Translations under genes and position numbers: made by a program
In this document: piece by piece, positions 18,208 to 28,193 of the stretch
Position numbering within the stretch: the first letter of the stretch is position 1
How the letters are laid out: each line of letters starts with the position of its first letter
Virus record (IMG/VR): IMGVR_UViG_3300032236_002285
Coordinates: 372,001 to 436,000 of that record
Direction: 5' to 3' (one strand)
Length of the DNA: 64,000 nucleotides
The notes under the pieces: generated by a model
Seen by the model: the letters and a program-made list of their open reading frames with translations, nothing else
What the model was told of the DNA's origin: nothing
The model's database searches: none

Positions 18208-19041
18208 ATGATTAGCTATATCGGTGGTAAAAGTAAAATAGGATGTTGGATTAGAAATTATATTCCTAATAATATAGAAACTTATGTAGAGCCTTTTAGT
18301 GGTGCTTTCTGGGTTTTCTTTAAATTAAATACTCCGAGTTTTAAAAACCTTAAAACCGTTGTTTATAATGATGTCAACCCACTAAATGTAAACCTTTTCT
18401 TATGTTTGAAAGAATATAAGAAGTTCTGGGAAATGACTCAAAACACACCTATTGAGAGTAAGGAGTTATTTGATAAATGTAAATCAGATATCTTTGATAC
18501 TGATTTTGTATTAGATATGAATAACCCTAACTTTGATATTGCTTTCAAGTATGCTTATGTGTTAAGTCAAGTTTGGTCAGGTACTGACCCAAGAAAAGGA
18601 AATCTTATTCTAAAAGGTGGTTATGAAGGTAAAGATGGTACTTACAAATCTAAGTTTGAAATCTTTAGAAGTAAACTAATTGATCCTAAATGGCAAAAAT
18701 ATCTTGACTCAATTACTAATATTGAGAATATGGATTTTGAAGATGTTGTTAAAAAATACGACTCACCAACAACTTATTTTTATTGTGACCCACCATACTT
18801 CAAAACCGAAGACTACTATATCAACCATAGTTTTGGTATTCAAACACATGAAAGATTGGCTAACTGCTTAAAATCTATTCAAGGTAAGTTTTCACTGAGT
18901 TACTATCATTTTGATTTATTAGATGAATGGTTTCCGGTAACAGAATACACTTGGAAAAATAAAGAGTTTGCTAAAACAGCAATGGCTGTTCCAGGAAAAG
19001 CTCAAACCAAAGGTATAGAGCTCTTAATAATGAACTATTGA
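18208..19041 (+). CDS. Dam-like (D12 class) N6-adenine DNA methyltransferase
   Basis: YIGGKS, YVEPFSG, YND, DPPY, ELLIMNY. Confidence 0.9.
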   Translation: MISYIGGKSKIGCWIRNYIPNNIETYVEPFSGAFWVFFKLNTPSFKNLKTVVYNDVNPLNVNLFLCLKEYKKFWEMTQNTPIESKELFDKCKSDIFDTDFVLDMNNPNFDIAFKYAYVLSQVWSGTDPRKGNLILKGGYEGKDGTYKSKFEIFRSKLIDPKWQKYLDSITNIENMDFEDVVKKYDSPTTYFYCDPPYFKTEDYYINHSFGIQTHERLANCLKSIQGKFSLSYYHFDLLDEWFPVTEYTWKNKEFAKTAMAVPGKAQTKGIELLIMNY

Positions 19042-19042
19042 T

Positions 19043-19387
19043 ATGATACTTTTAACCAGTCAGTTATTATTTGAAAACTCTAAAACTTGGCCAAATCGTC
19101 TACAACGGATATTAACATCAATTGTTTATGATGAAACTGGCAATAGATTTGTTAAAATAAGTCAAAAAATATCAGCTGAGCTAACACAAGATTTATCATC
19201 ATCTAACCCCATCGTTGATATTATGGATGTAATTAATTTAGATTATGTAGATTATGTTTTCAATGAAGAAGAAATTGAAGAAATATTTGAAATGGTAGAC
19301 GATGTTCCGGATAATGATATAGTTAGAAAAGCAAAAGAATTTATTGTTTCTTATAGAAGAAATAAAAAAATAGACAAATTATTATGA
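19043..19387 (+). CDS. C-tagged hypothetical protein
   Basis: Ends RRNKKIDKLL. Confidence 0.7.
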   Translation: MILLTSQLLFENSKTWPNRLQRILTSIVYDETGNRFVKISQKISAELTQDLSSSNPIVDIMDVINLDYVDYVFNEEEIEEIFEMVDDVPDNDIVRKAKEFIVSYRRNKKIDKLL

Positions 19388-19698
19388 GGTACAAAAAGAT
19401 AATTAAGGAATGGAATGAAGCAACGCCTAAAGAAGTTTGGGAAGGAGTTAGAGATAATTTTCTTTTTGGATTTATTGGTGCAACACTGGTTGTATTTATT
19501 GCAACTAAAATAGATTTCGCAGTTTTGATTGGATACTTTACCTACTATATGTTTATGGGTAGAATTGTTAACCGTCCTAAATATGTAACTGACTTAGGTA
19601 AGTTAATTGTATTTCCAATACCATCAGCGATAGGTGCTTTCACCGGATATAAAATATCATACTTGATGATAGAATTTATAAGTCAAGTATTAAAATAA
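19384..19698 (+). CDS. Small membrane protein
   Basis: About three hydrophobic segments. Confidence 0.7.
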   Translation: MRYKKIIKEWNEATPKEVWEGVRDNFLFGFIGATLVVFIATKIDFAVLIGYFTYYMFMGRIVNRPKYVTDLGKLIVFPIPSAIGAFTGYKISYLMIEFISQVLK

Positions 19699-19726
19699 AA
19701 AACCCTCATTGATTGAGGGTTTTTTT
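19697..19726. terminator. Bidirectional terminator
   Basis: aaaaaaccctca-ttgat-tgagggttttttt. Confidence 0.85.
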
Positions 19727-20285
19727 ATTCATCATAAGTAAAATTCATACTTATTATTATTCTCTTTTGATTACTTAGATTCTTTGTAACACAATGTGGT
19801 AGTGTTGAATCAAATAATATAAATTTACCAGTCTCGGCTTTTTCAGTGTACATTCTTGAAACAAATGGATTCTCATCACATTTGAAAACTATATCACCGC
19901 TATTTTCCGGCACATCAACATAATAAACGGCACTTACTTTAGCACCTGCTTGATAATTATAATGAGTAGCGTGGTCGTGCCAGTTTGTACTTTCATTATG
20001 TTCATGTACAACCGCCCAAACAACTTCATTGATATCTTGTGACGGTACTGGTTTAAGTTTATCTCCATATTGTTGATAAAACTTATCCATAATAGTATTC
20101 ATTAGATTTTTTACTTCTGGATAGAAATCTAATCTAATGTCTTCATTTCTTATACTTTCTGGATCTTCTTCCATAAATTTACCTTCTTCATAGTTTCTTA
20201 GGATATTTGCTTTAAGTTTAGCATTATCTATATTATCTAAATAACCAGTAAGATATTCAACCGTGTGTAAAACTTTAACTTCCAT
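19725..20285 (-). CDS. 2OG-Fe(II) oxygenase-like protein (TIGR02466-like)
   Basis: WHDH, SAVYYV, FILFDSTLPHCV, RIIISMN. Confidence 0.8.
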   Translation of the reverse strand: MEVKVLHTVEYLTGYLDNIDNAKLKANILRNYEEGKFMEEDPESIRNEDIRLDFYPEVKNLMNTIMDKFYQQYGDKLKPVPSQDINEVVWAVVHEHNESTNWHDHATHYNYQAGAKVSAVYYVDVPENSGDIVFKCDENPFVSRMYTEKAETGKFILFDSTLPHCVTKNLSNQKRIIISMNFTYDE

Positions 20286-20286
20286 A

Positions 20287-21144
20287 TTACATTGATAATG
20301 CTTTGCTAAATCCGTTGGGACAAGTTGATGTACAAATTAATGTAGCAACAACTGGTGCCACTGCTGCGCCGATAGCGATACCAACACCAGCTGGTGTAGC
20401 CCAAAGAGCCGCACAATCTAAACTATAATATATGCAGTTGGAAATTACATTTTTTAATAACTTAGCATTTACAGAACCTTTAACACCCGGTATTAATAAG
20501 AAAGCATCAACACAAACTTCAGCCATTGCTGTTGCAACCGCCATCTTAGCCGCCATATCTGCTGTATATAATACAGGAGTAGCCATAAATGACAATGAAG
20601 TTGATGTAATTGTTCCAGGATCACCAGGAGCTGGTTTTGGAGTGAAGTAAGTAACAACACCTAAAGAGATTGCTGATGTTAAAGCAAGACGACAAGCGTT
20701 CTCATCTAACCATTGATAAGCTTCTTCAGCAACATCTTTAAGAACTTCAACACCTGCGATTACTTGTTTTTCAACTTGTCTACTTAGATCATTAAATTCT
20801 TTTGATGTTGTGTCTAGGCCAGCTTTAGCCAATTCTTCTGTACTTTTAAGAACGGTAGCTTGTATAGACTCGGTTCTTTTAATTGTATCATTTGCAAAAT
20901 CAACAGCGTAATTATAAGTATCTTTTGTGATATCAATAACTTTATTTGTTGTATCTACAATTGCATTACCAGCGTCTACAGCTGTTTTTTCAATTGCATT
21001 ACCTGCATCTGTTGTAGTTTTTTCAATCGCTTTGCCGGTATCAGTGGCTGTTTTTTCGATTGCTTTACCGGTATCTTTAGCACCTTTATCGATTGCTTTA
21101 CCGGCATCTTTGAATCCTTTACTGATAGATTTTCCCCATCCCAT
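20287..21144 (-). CDS. Protein with N-terminal 11-aa amphipathic repeats and a hydrophobic, Cys-containing C-terminal domain
   Basis: About five copies of D[AT]G[KN]AI[DE]Kxxx (33-nt repeat). Confidence 0.75.
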   Translation of the reverse strand: MGWGKSISKGFKDAGKAIDKGAKDTGKAIEKTATDTGKAIEKTTTDAGNAIEKTAVDAGNAIVDTTNKVIDITKDTYNYAVDFANDTIKRTESIQATVLKSTEELAKAGLDTTSKEFNDLSRQVEKQVIAGVEVLKDVAEEAYQWLDENACRLALTSAISLGVVTYFTPKPAPGDPGTITSTSLSFMATPVLYTADMAAKMAVATAMAEVCVDAFLLIPGVKGSVNAKLLKNVISNCIYYSLDCAALWATPAGVGIAIGAAVAPVVATLICTSTCPNGFSKALSM

Positions 21145-21232
21145 TTCGTTTATAATTATTTTTTATAATTTATATATCTAATGAGGTGAAGTCTGTTTTT
21201 TAATAAATAAATTATAAAATTATAAATTGTCT

Positions 21233-21463
21233 ATGAAATTTAAAATTGGAGATGTCGTAATTAAAACCACAGGTGGTAATAAAATGACGGTATCTGATAA
21301 TATAAAAGACGGTGTTTATAAATGCCTTTGGTTCGTTGAAAGTTCTTTAAACGAATCAATATTTAAAGAAGAAGATATCGTTACTCTGAGTGAGTATAAA
21401 AGATTTCTAAAAACAGAAGAAAGAGAAGATAAAATTAATCAGCTACTTAAAGATTCCAATTAA
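21233..21463 (+). CDS. DUF2158/YodC-like small beta-barrel protein with C-tag
   Basis: MKFKIGDVVIKTTGGNKMTV...CLWF; ends EREDKINQLLKDSN. Confidence 0.75.
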   Translation: MKFKIGDVVIKTTGGNKMTVSDNIKDGVYKCLWFVESSLNESIFKEEDIVTLSEYKRFLKTEEREDKINQLLKDSN

Positions 21464-22235
21464 CATTAGTTAATTTAGGTTCTGTATAAAGAGCACTAGA
21501 ATAGTACCCATCAAATACTTCTCTGTATTTTTCCATCCACTCATCAATATTAGGAATATTCATTTCTTCCATTTTTCTACCTAACCCAGTGGACATATAA
21601 GCTTGTAGCTCATCTGGTAAAACGTGATCAGCATAACCATATTCAGTGATACATTTAAACATAGAATCCTTAACAACACTATCACATTCATTATTTAATT
21701 GAGTCATTGCTGATTTATATTCTGGTAATGTAAAGTACATAGCATGAGCAAATTCGTGTTCAAGTAAATGATTAGCCAACTCATCAACACCTAAAAGATA
21801 ATAATTATGATCTCCCTCAACTTCTTTAATAGCTGATATAATAGATAACATTATTTTATCATAGGTATTAATTTCATCCTCAGGTACATTAAACATACAC
21901 TCTTCTAAAACATTAGATGGAATATTAAATCCAGACCAATCAGAACCATAAGTAAACTCTTGTTTACCATAATGTTGCTTGTAGATATCCATATACTTTG
22001 ATACCTTAAATTGTTTACCAATTATCTCATCAAATGCTGATTCATAAAACTCTTGAGATCTCATAAAAACCATAGCTCTAGAATGAGAATCATTAATCTT
22101 AACGGCCCAAATATGTTGACCACAATGATATAACTCAATTTTATTTAAGAAGTCTTCAGTTTTAGGAGCCAATAAGTGAGATGGGTCCGTAATTAATTTT
22201 TCTAAAAATAGTTTGTATGTTTTAATTATTCTCAT
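21447..22235 (-). CDS. N-tagged putative zinc metallopeptidase
   Basis: MRIIKTYKLFLE; HEFAH plus a downstream DELQAY. Confidence 0.65.
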   Translation of the reverse strand: MRIIKTYKLFLEKLITDPSHLLAPKTEDFLNKIELYHCGQHIWAVKINDSHSRAMVFMRSQEFYESAFDEIIGKQFKVSKYMDIYKQHYGKQEFTYGSDWSGFNIPSNVLEECMFNVPEDEINTYDKIMLSIISAIKEVEGDHNYYLLGVDELANHLLEHEFAHAMYFTLPEYKSAMTQLNNECDSVVKDSMFKCITEYGYADHVLPDELQAYMSTGLGRKMEEMNIPNIDEWMEKYREVFDGYYSSALYTEPKLTNVNWNL

Positions 22236-23305
22236 AATCTTGTATTATTTTTTAATGAATATAGTTTTATTATGTTTTTTTGTAATTTTTCACCAGAACG
22301 ATTGATTCTTTTTTGAATAAATGATAAAAACTTATCAACCGACATTGATCTAATAGCTTCTCCTGATAATGTAGGCTTATCTTGTTTATAAGCAATTGAC
22401 TCTTCTCTTCTATTTATTAACTCATTAGCGAGTCCGTTTTTCATTCTCTTCAACATCATATCAACATCAGCATCTGGATAAACACTTAGGATTTTATCAG
22501 ACATTTTTTGCTTAAAAGTTTTAGCATCAAATTCTTTCATTCTTTTTGCGAATCTCCAAGTTGGTGCTTTTTCTTTTACCTCTTCTATATCATATCTTTT
22601 AACATAAGGCCAAGCATCTTGAGTCATTGCGTTCATCTCATGTGGTTCACTCCAATAAATATAAAAGCCAATCTCATCATACCATATTTTCCAAATATCT
22701 TTTCTTATTTTAGCTCTATTAACATCTAAACCAAAAGTAACATCAGTTGATAACTGACCTTTATTTTTCTTCATTCTATTCCAACCTTCATATCCATGAT
22801 TTAACTCATGTGTTATAGAGGATTCAACTTCAATTGATAAACCCTCTCTATCATTAAATGAATCAGAAATAACAGCACCAATTTCAAGTACCAAGTGAAT
22901 AGTAACATCAGATCTATCATCAATACTAGGTCTAATTTCTGAACCACCTTCTTCTCCAATATTATAACAAGCACCAGTTCCAACAAATTTCTTTAATAAT
23001 CCTGTAGTTGGAAACCTTTTATTATAATTATCATCAGTCATTACTTTTATTGAATAAGTAACCTTCATTGATGAAATAGGGTATTTGGGCCAAAATTCAC
23101 TATTAATAAATAACGATAAGTCTTCTTTATTATACTCCTTTATAACTGAGTAATCTCTATTATCATTCTTATCGGCTAATTCATCTTCCTTAATAAATGA
23201 ATCAAAGCACTGATTAAACTCGTCTAATAGGAACTGATTATAAATTAGAGTAGCTTCTGCTACACCATGTGCTTCAAATAATTGATATGATTTTATATGT
23301 TTCAT
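22232..23305 (-). CDS. N-tagged putative zinc metallopeptidase
   Basis: MKHIKSYQLFE; HELNH plus a downstream EMNA; TAATATATA box 5 nt upstream. Confidence 0.6.
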   Translation of the reverse strand: MKHIKSYQLFEAHGVAEATLIYNQFLLDEFNQCFDSFIKEDELADKNDNRDYSVIKEYNKEDLSLFINSEFWPKYPISSMKVTYSIKVMTDDNYNKRFPTTGLLKKFVGTGACYNIGEEGGSEIRPSIDDRSDVTIHLVLEIGAVISDSFNDREGLSIEVESSITHELNHGYEGWNRMKKNKGQLSTDVTFGLDVNRAKIRKDIWKIWYDEIGFYIYWSEPHEMNAMTQDAWPYVKRYDIEEVKEKAPTWRFAKRMKEFDAKTFKQKMSDKILSVYPDADVDMMLKRMKNGLANELINRREESIAYKQDKPTLSGEAIRSMSVDKFLSFIQKRINRSGEKLQKNIIKLYSLKNNTRL

Positions 23306-23425
23306 TTCGTTATATATTAAAATAGATTAAGAATTTTTCCGGTTTGTATTGAAATAACTTCTTTAGAAATATTTGTATTTTCATTAAAAGTGTACCAACG
23401 CTTAATCATATAATATATATTAAAT

Positions 23426-23770
23426 ATGAAACTTGATATCAATGAAATTTACCACAATTATATTGTGAGAGTTGTAGTATTTGCTCTCTTTACTTTTAAG
23501 AGACAGATAAGACAACCTAATATTTATAAGATGTCTGTTATAGCTTTTACTATTAAAAGATTGCCTTGGAAAATTAATTTAGTAATTGATACAGGATTAA
23601 AACTAGATAAAGAAGATGAAAGAGAAATACTACTTAATGAAATATTAGAAGGTATTGAAACAGATTATTTATCAACCGTTACCGTTACATTTATCACACC
23701 ACTAAAAGAAGTTACTATGAGTGTGGATTTAAGTGATGAAGAAAAATACGAACACTATCTTTATTCTTAA
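23426..23770 (+). CDS. Hypothetical protein with an internal C-tag-like helix
   Basis: TAATATATA at 23411-23419; internal EREILLNEIL. Confidence 0.65.
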   Translation: MKLDINEIYHNYIVRVVVFALFTFKRQIRQPNIYKMSVIAFTIKRLPWKINLVIDTGLKLDKEDEREILLNEILEGIETDYLSTVTVTFITPLKEVTMSVDLSDEEKYEHYLYS

Positions 23771-25008
23771 TACTCAAAATTAACTTCAGCTCTTCTGTAG
23801 TTTAAGTCAAATGAACTAAATCCAAAGATATCACAGATTCTTTGAAATTTATCCTCACAACTTTCTTCAGATGGTAGTTGACCATCATAAGCATAAGAGC
23901 TAAATTCTATTTTAGTTTCTGAGTCGCCTATTTTTAGACTATCTACTCTGAATCCTAATTTTTCAATTTCATATTTTAAATCAACTTCGTCGGGTAATTC
24001 AAAGTTATCATGTTGAATACTTGGTCTACTGAATTCAAAAAATATATTAAATACTTTATTAACTTCAAAACCAGATAAAGTCCAACCATCATCTCCTAAT
24101 CTACCTACTGCAGATTGCATATTTTCTAATATAACCATTAAGTTATTATAAGTGGCATCTTTAGGTGAATAAACAATACTGAACTTACTAACGGTTTTAT
24201 TTTTAGATACAAGAACTGGTTTGAAATTTTGATATCTTATATTTTTTTCAAGATAATCTGAGTATGTCATATTACCGGTAGAAGACTTGAAGGTAATCTT
24301 TTCACCTTCATCAATAAAGTCCAACATAGTATCAACTATCTTATCAACTTCATTGTGTGTATCAGTTGATTCTTTGATAAAAGAAACATATTTATCAACC
24401 TTTCTTTTCTTTAATTTACCATTATCAAACTTATAGTATTTATACTTACCATCTTTATTAAGAACCACATAAAAAGAATCGGGTTTAATATATTTTAGAT
24501 AAGACTTTGTTGTTTGTAATTGAGTTGAGTAAACATAATCAATATAATCTTCATCTGCTTTATGACCACCCATCTCACCTCTTGTTAGGTTTTGCTTTTT
24601 AGCTGTTGACAAATCAATTAAAATAAGAATAAAAATAACATTATAACCATACTTGTGAGCATCCTTAGTAATCTCAAAAATGTTTTTATCATTTGATCCG
24701 GTTGTATCGTAGATAAAGTTTTGACCGGTTCTTAAATATGATTTTAGATGTGTAATATTTAATTCTGATGCGCCTTGATGATATTTAGATTTATCTTTAC
24801 TAAGTATATATGAAACATCATCGGTTGAAAACTTTCTAATATTAGAATTATAAGGCAAGATATTGTTATTAGCAAATGTAGATTTACCAGAGCCTGGAAT
24901 GCCAAGTAAAACTATACCTAGCTTTTCCTTTTGTCTAATATCGGGTATAGGATCATTCTTTGACCACTCTTCATTTATAAACCCTTCAAAATTGTTAATA
25001 ACTCTCAT
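23767..25008 (-). CDS. N-tagged P-loop kinase (zeta-toxin/AAA_33-like) fused to a second module
   Basis: GIPGSGKST, FIYDTTGS; an internal tag-like KYVSFIKES precedes the C-terminal module. Confidence 0.75.
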   Translation of the reverse strand: MRVINNFEGFINEEWSKNDPIPDIRQKEKLGIVLLGIPGSGKSTFANNNILPYNSNIRKFSTDDVSYILSKDKSKYHQGASELNITHLKSYLRTGQNFIYDTTGSNDKNIFEITKDAHKYGYNVIFILILIDLSTAKKQNLTRGEMGGHKADEDYIDYVYSTQLQTTKSYLKYIKPDSFYVVLNKDGKYKYYKFDNGKLKKRKVDKYVSFIKESTDTHNEVDKIVDTMLDFIDEGEKITFKSSTGNMTYSDYLEKNIRYQNFKPVLVSKNKTVSKFSIVYSPKDATYNNLMVILENMQSAVGRLGDDGWTLSGFEVNKVFNIFFEFSRPSIQHDNFELPDEVDLKYEIEKLGFRVDSLKIGDSETKIEFSSYAYDGQLPSEESCEDKFQRICDIFGFSSFDLNYRRAEVNFEY

Positions 25009-25038
25009 CTTGATATATATTAAATTTTAGGTAATCAT

Positions 25039-25069
25039 TTTGTTTTTGATAAAAAATTACTTATCTTTG
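25039..25069 (+). promoter_or_regulatory. Bacteroidota sigma70-type promoter
   Basis: TTTG-N19-TATCTTTG. Confidence 0.8.
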
Positions 25070-25085
25070 TGTAAATAATTTAGAT

Positions 25086-25943
25086 ATGAAAGGTTTTAGA
25101 CCATATAACAAGGCAGATATTTTCAACACACTTGATAATATCACAATCACTAAAAATGAAAACAACCAGGTTATCACCAGTTATGGCGGTCGAGTAATCA
25201 ACATTACCAATGTCTCTAATCGTTACGAGATATTTGATATTGTTAAGTATCTAAAGGATAAAATTGAATCTATCGAAAAAAACTTTACCATAAGTAAATA
25301 CTCTCTTGGTCTTACAAGAGGTCGCCAATCACTAACTTTAGTTTCTGATGAAGTAGAAGTTGGTGGTGTTAAGTTTCATAAAACCTTTTACATTCTAAAC
25401 TCAACTGATAAATCTCGTAGACTTCACTTCAGTGCTGGTCTACATTCTGATAAATTTTATTTTATTGGCGCTAATAATGTTGGTTTGACTAAACTACATT
25501 TAAAAGGTGTTACACAAGCCGCAGAGGATGCTTCTGCTGCTCTTAATGGTGAAACATTTGATGAGCAAATTGAATCACTAAATTCATTAGTAGGACATCG
25601 TATTCAATTTTCTAAAATTCGTCAAGTAATTCTTGGTGATAAGCAAGATGTTCCACAAATTAATCACCGTAAGTTTGATGCTTTTAAGAACTCTATTAGA
25701 TATGCTAGCTCTGATAATAAAATCACTTTAACCAGTGACCAAAGAAATCAGTTGTTTACAGAGTCGGAAAAGCTTACTACTATTCAACATGATTTTTATA
25801 TTGATGCTTTCTTTGCTTTTCAAATTTATATGAGATTGTTTAATAAGCAAGATGCTCATATTATCAAGAATGAAACGGCTCGTATTATGAAAATAACTCA
25901 ATGGGCGGTTCGTAATAACGTTTTAGAATCACTTGGTATCTAA
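25086..25943 (+). CDS. DUF932-like protein with C-tag
   Basis: VSNRYEI and YILNSTDKS..HFSAGL..KLH resemble DUF932 motifs; ends RNNVLESLGI. Confidence 0.55.
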   Translation: MKGFRPYNKADIFNTLDNITITKNENNQVITSYGGRVINITNVSNRYEIFDIVKYLKDKIESIEKNFTISKYSLGLTRGRQSLTLVSDEVEVGGVKFHKTFYILNSTDKSRRLHFSAGLHSDKFYFIGANNVGLTKLHLKGVTQAAEDASAALNGETFDEQIESLNSLVGHRIQFSKIRQVILGDKQDVPQINHRKFDAFKNSIRYASSDNKITLTSDQRNQLFTESEKLTTIQHDFYIDAFFAFQIYMRLFNKQDAHIIKNETARIMKITQWAVRNNVLESLGI

Positions 25944-26155
25944 TGAAATTTGACCACGATATATTATTTCAGTTCCTATCAGAGGAAGATCAAAAATCAT
26001 TTATGGTTTGGGACAATGTTATTATTAACTATGCCGGAAACATTTTGGCAACTTTCAGATCACCATTTGATGAGAGAATTGTAATACCATTTGAAGAATA
26101 CCAAATGAAGTTGAAACAAAAAGAAAGAGAAATTAAGTTAAATAAAATATTATAA
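25943..26155 (+). CDS. C-tagged hypothetical protein
   Basis: Ends EREIKLNKIL. Confidence 0.7.
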   Translation: MKFDHDILFQFLSEEDQKSFMVWDNVIINYAGNILATFRSPFDERIVIPFEEYQMKLKQKEREIKLNKIL

Positions 26156-26156
26156 A

Positions 26157-26660
26157 ATGTTAAGAGAAGATAATTCAGGGTTTGTTCATTTCCCGTTGCC
26201 ATCTAAAATGATAAACCGTTTAGAAACCGGTAAAACATTTGTGTATCTTGTAGCATTTGATGCTGAAGATGTTTCAAACAATGCTTATGAGTTATCTAAT
26301 CTTAGGTTGGTTTTACCCGGTACTTTCATTGCTGATGATATTAGTATGAGAGCTAAACCAAAAGGTGGTAAAATGTCAATTGATGAATTGATTAAGAATA
26401 ATCTAAAAGATGATGAATATGATAATCTTTATTTCCCAAATTCAGGTGATAAAGATGATCTTAAAAAAATGATGTCTATTCCTTTAACAACTTGTATCTG
26501 TATGGGTTGGTCTGAATATACATTTGATATAAAAGATGATTTAGGGTTTTGGAGTGCTTCATTCCGTGACTTAACCAATGAGGGTAGAAAACTTTACTAC
26601 TCAATAAAAAAGTTACACAATAATAAAGAAGTTAGAATTCTAACATTTAGCAATATTTAA
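26157..26660 (+). CDS. Hypothetical protein
   Basis: ORF within the operon. Confidence 0.7.
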   Translation: MLREDNSGFVHFPLPSKMINRLETGKTFVYLVAFDAEDVSNNAYELSNLRLVLPGTFIADDISMRAKPKGGKMSIDELIKNNLKDDEYDNLYFPNSGDKDDLKKMMSIPLTTCICMGWSEYTFDIKDDLGFWSASFRDLTNEGRKLYYSIKKLHNNKEVRILTFSNI

Positions 26661-26692
26661 CTTGCTAAATTAAAAATTAAGAATTAAATTTG
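26661..26692 (+). promoter_or_regulatory. Bacteroidota sigma70-type promoter
   Basis: CTTG-N20-TAAATTTG. Confidence 0.65.
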
Positions 26693-26705
26693 TAAAAAAA
26701 TATTT

Positions 26706-28112
26706 ATGCCATACGAAAGAAAAACATTTGATTTAGTCATATCTGAAGAGTTGAGGAGTGTGTTATCAGAAATTGAGTCTGATTCACAGGTAGCAAAATT
26801 GTTGCTAAAGAAAAGACATGATAAAGATGATTTGGTCGAAGACCCAATCAATTTTATTTCAGTTGCGCATGATAAAACAAAAATCTCTTATCTAACTACA
26901 GATAGGATTGCTAAAATTGAAGATCCTTCTCAATATTGGTCTTCTTCTCGTAGATTTGCCGCTAAGCCAGGTGGATTTATCTCAAAACTATTCAAAGATA
27001 TTCCAGCTAAAGAGGTAGAGAAATTCTCTAATCTTTATCGCGCTCAATCCAATAAACCTAAATTTGAATTAAAAATAGTTGAGGGTGGTGAAATCCTTAA
27101 ATACTATCATTATAAGTCTTATCTTGATGAAAGAGGTACGCTTGGTGCTTCTTGTATGAAACACGATAGTTGTCAAAACTTCCTTGATATCTATATAAAC
27201 AATAATAACATCGTTAAGATGTTAGTTATGTTAAATAATGATGGTATGTTGATGGGTCGTGCTCTTCTTTGGAATTTTGATAGTAATAAAATTATGGATC
27301 GTATTTATACGATTTCTGATGAAGAACTTGTTTTCCATTTCAAGAAATGGGCAACTGACAATGGCTATCTTTATAAATCAGAACAAAACTGGTACAACAC
27401 TCTTAATTTTGAAAACCTTTCAACATCTAAACAAGAGTTGAAGCTTAAAATTAAATTGAATAACTCTTCTGTTAGAAGGTTTCCTTATGTTGATACTTTC
27501 AAGTTTTTAGACGAAGAAAATGGCTTATTACTAAACTATATACCAGATGGTGATTTTAGAACTTTGTGTGCTTCTGATGGTAGTAAGTATGGCTCTGACT
27601 ATTTAATATTTGATGGCATTGATAGAGTGTTGAGACATAGAGGTGATAGTGTTTATCTAAGATATTTAGATATCAGAACACATGCTAATAATGCTCGTTA
27701 CTCTGATATTAATGATGAATATATCTTACACAAAGATTGTAACTATGATGAAGATTTAGGTGATTATATCTTCAACAAGAATAACGATAAGTATAATAAT
27801 GCTGAAAGAATTCAAGAAAGAAGAGACTATCTTAAAAATAGAAGAGAAGAGATGGAAAAAAGAGAATCTTCAAGTAGGTCTAAAAAAAGAAATAGCTGGA
27901 TAGAAGAAATTATCAATAATAATGACTTATCAGATGAAGGTATCCGTGAGGTATATAATCGCATGACAAGCATGACTGGTATTCCGCGAGGTTATTTTGG
28001 AAGCTTTGATTATTTTGATGCTAGTGATATTTCTATAAGAGAAGAAAGACAAGAAACTCAATCTGAAGATCATTCGGAACCAACTCAAGAAACAGAAATA
28101 ACTGAACTATAA
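26706..28112 (+). CDS. Conserved phage protein of unknown function
   Basis: SCM...GRALLW...MDRIY...FPYVDTF motif string, recognised from memory of phage proteins. Confidence 0.65.
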   Translation: MPYERKTFDLVISEELRSVLSEIESDSQVAKLLLKKRHDKDDLVEDPINFISVAHDKTKISYLTTDRIAKIEDPSQYWSSSRRFAAKPGGFISKLFKDIPAKEVEKFSNLYRAQSNKPKFELKIVEGGEILKYYHYKSYLDERGTLGASCMKHDSCQNFLDIYINNNNIVKMLVMLNNDGMLMGRALLWNFDSNKIMDRIYTISDEELVFHFKKWATDNGYLYKSEQNWYNTLNFENLSTSKQELKLKIKLNNSSVRRFPYVDTFKFLDEENGLLLNYIPDGDFRTLCASDGSKYGSDYLIFDGIDRVLRHRGDSVYLRYLDIRTHANNARYSDINDEYILHKDCNYDEDLGDYIFNKNNDKYNNAERIQERRDYLKNRREEMEKRESSSRSKKRNSWIEEIINNNDLSDEGIREVYNRMTSMTGIPRGYFGSFDYFDASDISIREERQETQSEDHSEPTQETEITEL

Positions 28113-28115
28113 AAC

Positions 28116-28140
28116 AAAACCCTCGTCAAGAGGGTTTTTT
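28116..28140 (+). terminator. Rho-independent terminator
   Basis: aaaaccctc-gtcaa-gagggtttttt. Confidence 0.8.
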
Positions 28141-28193
28141 ATTTTAAACTTTATCACTATTTCCGTATAAAACATAAAAATATAGTATGATAG

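Noticed and set aside
20930-21130. 33-nt repeats resembling a CRISPR array
   Set aside because: The repeats are tandem, degenerate at third codon positions and have no spacers; they encode an 11-aa protein repeat. No cas operon is present.
20432-21181. Plus-strand ORFs 20432, 20860 and 20927 with repetitive hydrophobic or Cys-rich sequence
   Set aside because: They are antisense shadows of the repeat gene 20287-21144.
23767-25008. Epsilon-zeta toxin-antitoxin system
   Set aside because: No adjacent antitoxin-like gene is evident, and only generic P-loop kinase motifs are supported.
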